From a virus (taxonomy: Duplodnaviria > Caudoviricetes), in the IMG/VR virus record IMGVR_UViG_3300032820_000008, positions 1 through 59,448 of that record: a stretch of DNA of 59,448 nucleotides; one strand, 5' to 3'. Every line of letters begins with the position of its first letter. Within the stretch, counting starts at the first letter, position 1. Below the pieces are notes generated by a model, which worked only from the letters and a program-made list of their open reading frames with translations, made no database searches and was not told the origin of the DNA. The position numbers and the translations under genes were made by a program. Shown here piece by piece: positions 30,601-38,114 of this stretch.

Positions 30601-31100
30601 TCTGGCGGGACTCCCCCCGTAAGCCACTCGAAGAACAATTCCCGCTCTTCCCCGTCTTGGGTGTAGGTCAGCGGGGTCAGATTTACCTCTCCCAGTGGAC
30701 CGTCAATCAGTGCATACAGGCTTCCATCATTATTGCGAACTGCGTACAACACCGACTCCCGACTGAGCATAACCTCGAACGGACTACGATCCAGCCCAGC
30801 ACGTCGGCCTTTCACCTTGAAAAATTCTTTACGCATAATTAATTTCCTTTCCTGTAGAATTCTTGCCCATGCCTGTTTAATTATTTTGTTACCCTCTCCA
30901 TAATCTTCTCTTTCGTCAACCAACGTTTGGATAATTCTAACTGCTTTACTCCAAGGCATTTGCGTTTCTGAGTTTTGTTTGTATTCTTTTTCTATTTCTG
31001 CTATCGAGAAATCCTCCCACCGTTTTTCTATTCGGTCTTGTTCTTCTTCCCTAACGGTGTAATCTTTTCTTAACCAAGGCATTTTTGAAGTATTAATCAT
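30597..31100 (-). CDS. Hypothetical protein
   Basis: ORF with overlapping start/stop junctions on both sides. Confidence 0.6.
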   Translation of the reverse strand: MINTSKMPWLRKDYTVREEEQDRIEKRWEDFSIAEIEKEYKQNSETQMPWSKAVRIIQTLVDEREDYGEGNKIIKQAWARILQERKLIMRKEFFKVKGRRAGLDRSPFEVMLSRESVLYAVRNNDGSLYALIDGPLGEVNLTPLTYTQDGEERELFFEWLTGGVPPE

Positions 31101-32929
31101 CAGCATTCTCCGTAAGATTGACCTACCCCAATATCACAATTAAGTGGTAGTCCTGTTGCCCATTCTGGTGAAGTCTTCATGATGGTTTTTATATAACTTT
31201 GTGCTTTCTCTTGCTCTGCTTCTTCTACAACACACACAATAGAGTCATGCACCGTTAATGCGACCTTATATTTTTTTGAAATTTTGAGCATCTGCCATGA
31301 AATAATACATCGTGCGATAGCTTGGCAAACATTCTCTATAACTTTACCGCCGTATATTTTTGTACGTGTGTTATTTTTGGATAGATACGAATATTCATAA
31401 TCTTTAGTGCGTTCTAACTCTGGGTAGCTCAACATCATCTTATTTGGTAGCACAAAACCAACATCCCCATTTATTGCACTCTCATCTAAATATACTACCT
31501 GTGGTTGTACACCAAGTGTTTCCGTTTGGTTGTCTAGCATTGCATTCAAACAGATTTGTCCATCGCTCCATAAAGCAGGTATTTGCGAATAATTACTTCT
31601 ATATGTATTGATAATTCGTTTAGCCTCTTCAAACTCTATCTCAACATCAAAGCCCCATAATTGCGCTTTGAATTTTTTAGCCCCCATGCCATAGCCTGAC
31701 CCTAGAACAACACTTTTACCTACAAACCTTTCGGATTTTGATATTTCAGAAATAGGTTTGTCATATATAGTCGCAGCCATAATTTTGTAAACATCTTGTT
31801 CCGCTGCGAAGGCTTCGACTAAATCATTTTGACCAGCAAGCCATGCTAATACTCTTGCTTCTATTTGTGCAGAATCAGCGTCAATGATTAGATATTTTTC
31901 CGGTGCAGTAATTGCTTTCTTAATGGTATTACCCTTTCGAGTTGGTAGGTTTTGCATATTAAGCTTATCGCTACCTCCCCACCGTCCTGTATGAGCAGCG
32001 TAGTATCGGAGAGGTACGGGTAAAATTCCTGTGCGCTTAGCAATACCAAGCAATCGTTCCGTCCGTGTTTCTTCAATTGTAGACTTAATGCCTATACGGG
32101 CCGAAACTAATGTTTGAACCGCAATGTTAGGATGTTCTCGTAATTCCTGCATTGCGACATCATTTTTTGCGAAAGCAAAAGTTTTCTTCCCAGTGCGAGG
32201 AGATATTTTGGTAGGTGGTATTACACCTAGTGTTTTTAAATACTCAGCAAACTTAGGGTTGGATTGGAGCGTTTCACTATCAGCGTTAGCCGCAGCCATT
32301 AACTCCGCTTTCATATCTTGTATGGCCCTAAGATGCTGCTCTAGCAGTGGGACGTCTAGTTCTAAAACGGGTTCGCTGAACATTTTTATGGTCAGGCTAA
32401 CTATCTCCAGTTCTTCATAGCTGAAGTGTTTTCCATACAAGCGAAATAATCTAAAACATAACTCAACATCGTTGATGCAGTATTTTCCGTACTGTTCTAG
32501 TTCTTCAGTATCAAAATCCTTTCTTTGTTTACCTAATGCAGCTACGACTTCAGTTCCCTTTCGCCCCAACTTATATCGGGCAGCGGCAGCAGCTAAACTA
32601 TGTTTCACATTAACGCCGTCAATAGCCCTCGACATCGATAATGTATCCGCAATACGTTTGGGCTTTATATTAAATTGCCACGAAAGAATGGCAGCATCGA
32701 ACATAGCGTTATGCGCTACCATGATGGAGTTGTCCCAATCTATTTCGTCTAAGTAATTTTGTATATCGGAGTGTTCGCCACTACACCATGTTGATTCTTT
32801 CGCGTTTATTTTTGTAGCGACACCAATTGCTTCAAAACGATAGTCCCGAATATATTCTTCAGTTGTGAGTTTTGACAAGCTGTATTGCTTGTCGTAAAAA
32901 GTTTCAAAATCAAGCGTAACTATTTGCAT
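31100..32929 (-). CDS. polA: DNA polymerase, family A, with 3'-5' exonuclease
   Basis: LDFET and AHNAMFD (exonuclease); HTGRWGG, DSAQIEAR (motif A), RFVGKSVVLGSGYG (motif B), TVHDS (motif C). Confidence 0.95.
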   Translation of the reverse strand: MQIVTLDFETFYDKQYSLSKLTTEEYIRDYRFEAIGVATKINAKESTWCSGEHSDIQNYLDEIDWDNSIMVAHNAMFDAAILSWQFNIKPKRIADTLSMSRAIDGVNVKHSLAAAAARYKLGRKGTEVVAALGKQRKDFDTEELEQYGKYCINDVELCFRLFRLYGKHFSYEELEIVSLTIKMFSEPVLELDVPLLEQHLRAIQDMKAELMAAANADSETLQSNPKFAEYLKTLGVIPPTKISPRTGKKTFAFAKNDVAMQELREHPNIAVQTLVSARIGIKSTIEETRTERLLGIAKRTGILPVPLRYYAAHTGRWGGSDKLNMQNLPTRKGNTIKKAITAPEKYLIIDADSAQIEARVLAWLAGQNDLVEAFAAEQDVYKIMAATIYDKPISEISKSERFVGKSVVLGSGYGMGAKKFKAQLWGFDVEIEFEEAKRIINTYRSNYSQIPALWSDGQICLNAMLDNQTETLGVQPQVVYLDESAINGDVGFVLPNKMMLSYPELERTKDYEYSYLSKNNTRTKIYGGKVIENVCQAIARCIISWQMLKISKKYKVALTVHDSIVCVVEEAEQEKAQSYIKTIMKTSPEWATGLPLNCDIGVGQSYGEC

Positions 32930-33435
32930 TGGTTTTCTTCGCCAAAGCAATCTTTAAGAATTTCTTCTAATTCCTGCGTTGGGTCATCTCCATAATGGGG
33001 GTGTATTGGCTCATCTTCATACCCCGGATACCCTTTTAAATGACCTTGTAACTGACCGCAATATTCATCCATTTCAGGATCAGGATGATCTCTATAGTCT
33101 TCTTCTTTTTTTGAAGTATATCCCCCACCCACTAATGTGCTATAAATTATTTTTCTAGTGGCTTCCCGTTTATGATTGTACAGAGCAGCCTTTATTGCTA
33201 TTCGCTCTATCGGATTAAAAGTACCCGCTTCTAGGATATTTACCCATTTCTCAAAATCGTCCGGTGGGGGCGCTTCTGAATTAAAATCCCATGTTCGTGC
33301 GATGTCGTCTTTTAGCTTGTCGTCAACACAACGCTGTATTATCTCTGCTTTAGTATCCATGTTCCCCAGAATTATTTTTGTGTCTGAGCAACAAAAGGGA
33401 TACAACAGCTTAAAAATTAATCGAGATACCGTCAT
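32920..33435 (-). CDS. Hypothetical protein
   Basis: 171-aa ORF with AAGGGG RBS, in the replication operon. Confidence 0.6.
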   Translation of the reverse strand: MTVSRLIFKLLYPFCCSDTKIILGNMDTKAEIIQRCVDDKLKDDIARTWDFNSEAPPPDDFEKWVNILEAGTFNPIERIAIKAALYNHKREATRKIIYSTLVGGGYTSKKEEDYRDHPDPEMDEYCGQLQGHLKGYPGYEDEPIHPHYGDDPTQELEEILKDCFGEENQCK

Positions 33436-33484
33436 TATAATTCCCCTTTATGTTTTTGTTGTCGTCGCCCCCGCTCACAATTTC

Positions 33485-33790
33485 TTACCAGTTCCCTTCC
33501 CCCGTCTGTAGAAGCTCTCTCAAATCTTGCTTACTCATTGCTGGTTCTGAGTAAATAATAGCGAGACCGCCTGCATCTTTTATAGCTTGGAGTTCTCTTT
33601 CCTGTAGGGCAGTTGTTTTTCCAGAACCAGCTTTACACTCGATGCCAATGAATTGCCCATCAAGACATGCAACTACATCGGGAATCCCGCTGCGACCATA
33701 GCCACCTGTAGCAGGATAAAAATAATAAGCGTTCAATGCTCTAAGTACAGCAACTACATTTCCCTTAACTTTCTTTTCTGGAGTAGTCAT
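33485..33790 (-). CDS. VRR-NUC family nuclease (Holliday-junction resolvase-like)
   Basis: E..V...GIPD...FIGIECKA...TALQ motif. Confidence 0.85.
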   Translation of the reverse strand: MTTPEKKVKGNVVAVLRALNAYYFYPATGGYGRSGIPDVVACLDGQFIGIECKAGSGKTTALQERELQAIKDAGGLAIIYSEPAMSKQDLRELLQTGEGNW

Positions 33791-33975
33791 CGTGAGTAGG
33801 GCTTTCCAATCTTTATGCGTATCATGTTACCTGACGCCCACACTTTAGAAGTTTCTAAGCTTTGAAAAATTAAGGGGAAAACTAAGAAACACCAGATTGG
33901 ATTTTCACGATACAGCCTCGGCATCGCCGGAATATATGCGTCACCCCACCATATTCTCTCCTGTTCATGGAACAT
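33787..33975 (-). CDS. Hypothetical small protein
   Basis: ORF coupled by ATGA overlap to the VRR-NUC gene. Confidence 0.45.
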   Translation of the reverse strand: MFHEQERIWWGDAYIPAMPRLYRENPIWCFLVFPLIFQSLETSKVWASGNMIRIKIGKPYSR

Positions 33976-34099
33976 AATTTAGTACCCCTGTCCACCAGCC
34001 AAGGTAATACGCTATACCTAATACGACAGCAATACCTACTGTAATCGCCAAGACTTCAACGCCTGTTATCAAGATGGGTGTTTGGGGAGGTTTTTTCAT
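33965..34099 (-). CDS. Small single-TM protein (44 aa); absent from ORF track
   Basis: MKKPPQTPILITGVEVLAITVGIAVVLGIAYYLGWWTGVLNYVP; starts 2 nt after array 1 and overlaps the next start codon. Confidence 0.5.
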   Translation of the reverse strand: MKKPPQTPILITGVEVLAITVGIAVVLGIAYYLGWWTGVLNYVP

Positions 34100-34101
34100 A
34101 A

Positions 34102-34542
34102 ACGCTCGCTCTCTCTATTTGGTTCTCTCGCTAATGATGGCTCGCTCCGGCCCTGTGGTTCTCTCAACAAAAATGGCTCGCTCTCGCTCCTTGGTTCTCT
34201 CAACAAAAATGGCTCGCTCGCGCTGCGTGGTTCTCTCAACGCGCTTGGCTCGCTCCCTATACCTGGTTCTCTCAAGAGCCGTGGCTCGCTCGCGTTTCCT
34301 GGTTCTCTCCACGTCAATGGCTCGCTCGCTAATTTTGGTTCTCTCTACGACGCTGGCTCGCTTTCCTTTTCTGGTTCTCTCAACTGCCTTGGCTCGCTCG
34401 CTAATTTTGGTTCTCTCAAGAGCCGTGGCTCGCTCTTGGTTTGTGGTTCTCTCACTTTAACTGGCTCGCTCTTGGATTGTGGTTCTCTCTAATTAAGTGG
34501 CTCGCTCAAGAGCCTTAGTTCTCTCTGACGTGATGGCTCTTA
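34102..34542 (-). ncRNA. TIGR-like guide-RNA array 1 (stand-alone): 12 x 36-nt units GAGCGAGCCA-N8-GAGAGAACCA-N8
   Basis: TGGCTCGCTC and TGGTTCTCTC alternate every 18 nt on the + strand with variable 8-mers between; exact 36-nt period; same repeats as the array next to the Nop-domain gene. Confidence 0.9.
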
Positions 34543-34547
34543 TACAG

Positions 34548-34576
34548 AGTATACCAAAGAGAAATTAAATCCTCAA
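34548..34576 (-). promoter_or_regulatory. Sigma70 promoter of array 1: TTGAGG-N17-TATACT with TG extended -10
   Basis: cctcaa at 34571-34576 and agtata at 34548-34553; predicted start near 34541 coincides with the first (truncated) repeat. Confidence 0.75.
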
Positions 34577-34596
34577 CGCTTACTAATAGTAGAGCA

Positions 34597-34620
34597 TAAA
34601 AAACCCCGCCGGAGCGGGGT
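34597..34620 (-). terminator. Rho-independent terminator
   Basis: ACCCCGC-CGGA-GCGGGGT hairpin with a U-tract on the - strand. Confidence 0.75.
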
Positions 34621-34950
34621 AAAACGTCAAGGAGTAAACGTTAACCAATATCGTAGAGGGTAATGTTCGGCATGGGGACAACGCCGAGTATTACTAATAC
34701 CGGTCACGCGAAAGTGTATCACGAACCTCTATCGGCCGAACTAAAATATCTCGTATATATTCTGTAGTACCCACAGCTAAGATTTCACTGACAGAAATCA
34801 CAAAAAAGGCTATTAAAATTTCAATCTGTCACGGGTGAAAACCCTGTCCGAATAGTTAAAATCCCGTTTATCCCCCCTACCATCCCCCTTACTTAACCTG
34901 AGATCGTCGCTTAGAACGCAACTACGGCGGTCGAATTTTCTTGCAAACAT

Positions 34951-34977
34951 AAAAAAACCCCGCCGAAGCAGGGTTTT
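34951..34977 (-). terminator. Rho-independent terminator ending the early operon
   Basis: aaaaaaaccccgccgaagcagggtttt hairpin plus U-tract. Confidence 0.7.
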
Positions 34978-35025
34978 AATAAATTAGAGGCTAAACTCTG
35001 TGACATTTTGTCACAGAGTTTAGGG

Positions 35026-35226
35026 TTAGTTATCTCTGCGTTCGGTTAGCTTTTTTAACCAAATCTTCACCCGCGTCTTGAAGCCCATCTTCAAGTCTTT
35101 GTAATCCCGCATACTTGCAGGGGGATGTTGCGTTTCGTCCACAGTAAATGACGTTAGATTCTCGCGAATGCGTTCCATGCGTACTTCGCTTGGAGTTATC
35201 GTATGTAGTGTTTGTTTACATGTCAT
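35026..35226 (-). CDS. Hypothetical small protein
   Basis: AAGGAG RBS; 66 aa. Confidence 0.6.
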   Translation of the reverse strand: MTCKQTLHTITPSEVRMERIRENLTSFTVDETQHPPASMRDYKDLKMGFKTRVKIWLKKLTERRDN

Positions 35227-35241
35227 TCTATTACTCCTTCT

Positions 35242-36444
35242 TTAGTATTCCACATTGTCATCAAGAAAATAAAACACCTGACCGTCTTGGCCTCCCTTAA
35301 GTAGGGCATCGTAAGTCGCTGGCTTTTCATACCGTCCAAGCCCTACATTCGGAATGTAATTTAATACAGGGTCATGCGGACCTAAGTCAGCATATGCACC
35401 CATATCACCGTCACTTTGCAAACCAATATTTAAGACAGCAATTTTTTCACTAGCACTTGCGTTCTCATTTATAAAGCTGTCCAGATTTGGGAAGTATGAA
35501 CGCTCAAATTTTGTAGGCCAATCACTATAGAAAGTCACTACATCAGTGGTGAGGTCATGACATACCACGCGCTTTACACTGTCTTTAAAAATATTAAAGA
35601 ATCTATCGTGTACCTCGTATGGTTTTTTAAGGGCAGCTATGGCCTCACTTTCCTTCCTTATAAAGGTAGCCATAAAATCCTTATCAAATATAAACTCCGG
35701 TAAAATAGATTCCGATGTAGCGGGATCATATTTAGAAGTGTCAATGTGATCAAAGAATATAGTAATTGCGTCCCTATACTTCCGTGTAAAGTTGCTTATG
35801 CTAGAACGCATAGCCATTTTTGTCGTCCCTAAATGACGGTCATCAGCAGGTAAGTTACCAGATAAAACAGTGCTAAAAATCGAATCGATTGCAGAAAGTA
35901 TGCGTTTTCCCACGCCTTTCCCATACCATTTATGACATTGATAAGTTAGGGAAGTGAGATTTTTTACACTTATCATATTCGTAGAATCGGAGAAATACCC
36001 TCCAAGTCCATTGTTAATTTGTAGTTGTGACCTTGCCCTCCTTCTAACTGCTTTAGACGTAATAGCAATAACGATAGAATCGCGTTTGCCACCGTGCGCA
36101 CAACCGGCAGAAACACATTCAGGATGCTGTGAATGATGCAACGCAGAGATATCAAATATGCTGACGATTCCCAGATAGCTCCCCGTAACCGTATCGTATA
36201 GTTGTAACCCATGTATGTACTCGTCGTCGTGGAAAATGAATTGGGAATCTGCCCAATCTAACACGGTGGCATCCGACATCGAATGTGACAGCTCCCCGTA
36301 AAAAGCTTTCCCACGTACAAACCCCGTAACACTTCGGGGGTCATCACCCCGCTTTGTTACTACTTCTTTAACACACCTAATCACATATTCCATGCGTGGA
36401 TCTATCGCTAAGTTTTCTGGATTTTTTATAATAATGTCTGACAT
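35242..36444 (-). CDS. Hypothetical protein (400 aa) between the two arrays
   Basis: Strong TAAGGAG RBS; no motif recognised. Confidence 0.75.
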   Translation of the reverse strand: MSDIIIKNPENLAIDPRMEYVIRCVKEVVTKRGDDPRSVTGFVRGKAFYGELSHSMSDATVLDWADSQFIFHDDEYIHGLQLYDTVTGSYLGIVSIFDISALHHSQHPECVSAGCAHGGKRDSIVIAITSKAVRRRARSQLQINNGLGGYFSDSTNMISVKNLTSLTYQCHKWYGKGVGKRILSAIDSIFSTVLSGNLPADDRHLGTTKMAMRSSISNFTRKYRDAITIFFDHIDTSKYDPATSESILPEFIFDKDFMATFIRKESEAIAALKKPYEVHDRFFNIFKDSVKRVVCHDLTTDVVTFYSDWPTKFERSYFPNLDSFINENASASEKIAVLNIGLQSDGDMGAYADLGPHDPVLNYIPNVGLGRYEKPATYDALLKGGQDGQVFYFLDDNVEY

Positions 36445-36447
36445 AAT

Positions 36448-36515
36448 TTACTCCTTAAGAGCTGAACTCCGTGACAAAATGTCACAGAGTTCAGCGGGTT
36501 ATTGTCGTTTAACTA
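36448..36515. repeat. Direct repeat (RBS plus palindrome) bounding the Tas/array cassette, copy 1
   Basis: Near-identical to 37786-37852. Confidence 0.85.
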
Positions 36516-36516
36516 A

Positions 36517-36960
36517 TGGCTCGCTCATTGGCGATGGTTCTCTCTCAATAATTGGCTCGCTCTGCCTTTTTGGTTCTCTCATCCGTCATTGGCTCGCTCT
36601 GAAGGTTTGATTCTTTCGGTGCTTGTGGCTCGCTCTGACCCTATGGTTCTCTCATTCGAACTGGCTCGCTCCTTTCTTTTGGTTCTCTCATGCCCCGTGG
36701 CTCGCTCCGAAACGTTGGTTCTCTCGTGCCCCATGGCTCGCTCACGCTGTTTGGTTCTCTCTTCCGTCATTGGCTCGCTCTAGCCCTTTGGTTCTCTCAT
36801 CCGAAATGGCTCGCTCTAACCCTTTGGTTCTCTCAGGCGGTATGGCTCGCTCCGGCTTGTTGGTTCTCTCTGGCGGTATGGCTCGCTCTGAAACGTTGGT
36901 TCTCTCGTGTCAATTGGCTCGCTTACTAGCAATGGTTCTCTCTCGATCATTGGCTCGCTC
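36517..36960 (-). ncRNA. TIGR-like guide-RNA array 2: 12 units (ten of 36 nt, two of 37 nt) plus a terminal repeat
   Basis: 13 copies of TGGCTCGCTY alternating with 12 copies of TGGTTCTCTC (one variant), with variable 8-9 nt spacers; begins 4 nt after the stop of the Nop-domain gene. Confidence 0.92.
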
Positions 36961-36964
36961 TAAG

Positions 36965-37780
36965 TTAGAACGGTGGCTCGATTTTATGAGCATGGCCCTC
37001 ATGCACCATGACGTATGGTGCCGGTGGCAATTTATCAAACTCATGCCGATACCAGACCTCATGAAGGTGCGATAGGAAAATCTTGACAGCATAGCGTTTG
37101 GCTCGCGCATGAATATGTGCTGGAGGCAACTTGCCTATGATGTAGGCTTTGTAGGCATCCGTTTTCTTACCTATATTATATTTTTCCAGCTTCGCTTTCG
37201 CTTGCTCAGAAAAAAGACCCTCGTCGTTTTTCTTTAACTCAATCTCCTTGCGTGTCTTATATAACGCACCATAGAAGTCGTCGTCGTGGTTGCTCACCTT
37301 CACAAAGCTCTCGCCCAACTTCCAGCACAATGTCTTTAACTCCGCATTGTGTGGACGCTTCTTTCCCTTGTCCCATTTCGCAGTGGGGTCGAGACCGGCA
37401 AATCGCCAGATAGCTCCAGCAGTAGGAGCTTGTTCTATATCTATATGTGCAATCAGACCAGCAGCTATAACTGGGCCAATGCCAACGACCGTGCGAACGC
37501 GCCGACCAATGGGGTGAGCATCGGAGTACACGTCCAACGAAGCACGTACACTTTTCTCCAAAATGTCTGCCTGAGTAGACAGCCAGCCTAATACTTCATG
37601 TGGTTCTTCTTTCATTGACCTAATTTGATTATTAGAACGAATACGATTGCCCTGCATTTGGTAATACGCATCGACTAAAAACCGTGCTTCAGCATCAGAT
37701 AAAGTTCTGGATGCAACACGCAAATCACGGGACAGTTGTGTGACCGACATAGTGATTTCAGTGGTTTCAGTAATATTCAT
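36965..37780 (-). CDS. tasA: Tas protein (Nop / IS110-C-terminal-like RNA-binding domain); no nuclease domain seen, TasA-like
   Basis: Coiled coil (LVDAYYQMQGNRIRSNNQ), helix-hairpin 'VGIGPVIAAGLIAHI', 'IWRFAGLDP', 'HNAELKTLCW', 'HARAKRYAVKIFLSHL'; no N-terminal DEDD RuvC domain and no IS110 catalytic SG motif; adjacent 36-nt dual-repeat array. Confidence 0.85.
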   Translation of the reverse strand: MNITETTEITMSVTQLSRDLRVASRTLSDAEARFLVDAYYQMQGNRIRSNNQIRSMKEEPHEVLGWLSTQADILEKSVRASLDVYSDAHPIGRRVRTVVGIGPVIAAGLIAHIDIEQAPTAGAIWRFAGLDPTAKWDKGKKRPHNAELKTLCWKLGESFVKVSNHDDDFYGALYKTRKEIELKKNDEGLFSEQAKAKLEKYNIGKKTDAYKAYIIGKLPPAHIHARAKRYAVKIFLSHLHEVWYRHEFDKLPPAPYVMVHEGHAHKIEPPF

Positions 37781-37785
37781 TGAAC

Positions 37786-37852
37786 TTACTCCTTAAGGCT
37801 GAACTCTGTGACAAAATGTCACAGAGTTCAGCGGGTTATTATCATGTAACTA
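37786..37852. repeat. Direct repeat (RBS plus palindrome) bounding the Tas/array cassette, copy 2
   Basis: Near-identical to 36448-36515; contains the perfect inverted repeat GCTGAACTCTGTGACA-AAA-TGTCACAGAGTTCAGC. Confidence 0.85.
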
Positions 37853-38104
37853 TAGTTCGCCAAATTCGCCGTATTGATTTTCATCGGCCAACTCTGCCAT
37901 CGGTTCCTCATGCTTACTGTCAAATAGGTCCAGTTGGTTTTTGGAACCCTTTTTGCCATGCTGCACAAGTAGGTAGCTAATGACTTCGTTGTACGATAAA
38001 CGCGAGCCTAGATGTTTCTGTAGTTGTACGTTCACTTCATCTAGTCCCGTCTTAACTTCAGCCGACACCGCGATAGCTTCGCGGCTTCTCTTCTTCGTGG
38101 TCAT
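37850..38104 (-). CDS. Small putative DNA-binding protein (ribbon-helix-helix-like)
   Basis: 'AIAVSAEVKTGLDEV...LSYNEVISYLL' fits a beta-helix-helix pattern. Confidence 0.45.
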   Translation of the reverse strand: MTTKKRSREAIAVSAEVKTGLDEVNVQLQKHLGSRLSYNEVISYLLVQHGKKGSKNQLDLFDSKHEEPMAELADENQYGEFGEL

Positions 38105-38114
38105 AGTTATCTCC

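Noticed and set aside
34074-34492. Repetitive ORFs on both strands over array 1 (ARS..LVLS, GSL.., ERT/ERA repeats)
   Set aside because: By-products of a stop-poor 36-nt repeat that is open in several frames; a promoter points to a non-coding transcript, and the sister array has frame-breaking 37-nt units
34102-36960. CRISPR arrays
   Set aside because: Repeats are 10 nt and of two alternating types with 8-nt spacers; no cas1, cas2 or effector genes
36579-37110. Overlapping ORFs across array 2
   Set aside because: Same artefact; two 37-nt units shift the frames, and some ORFs lie antisense to the Tas gene
36965-37780. IS110/IS116/IS902 transposase (insertion sequence)
   Set aside because: Lacks the N-terminal DEDD RuvC domain and the catalytic SG motif, is too short, and has a tandem dual-spacer array rather than IS ends
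37801-37829. Palindrome as a CRP site or matS
   Set aside because: TGTGA-TCACA spacing is 7 nt (CRP needs 6), and the GTGACA-TGTCAC centre is 3 nt (matS has 1); the conserved arms extend well beyond either consensus
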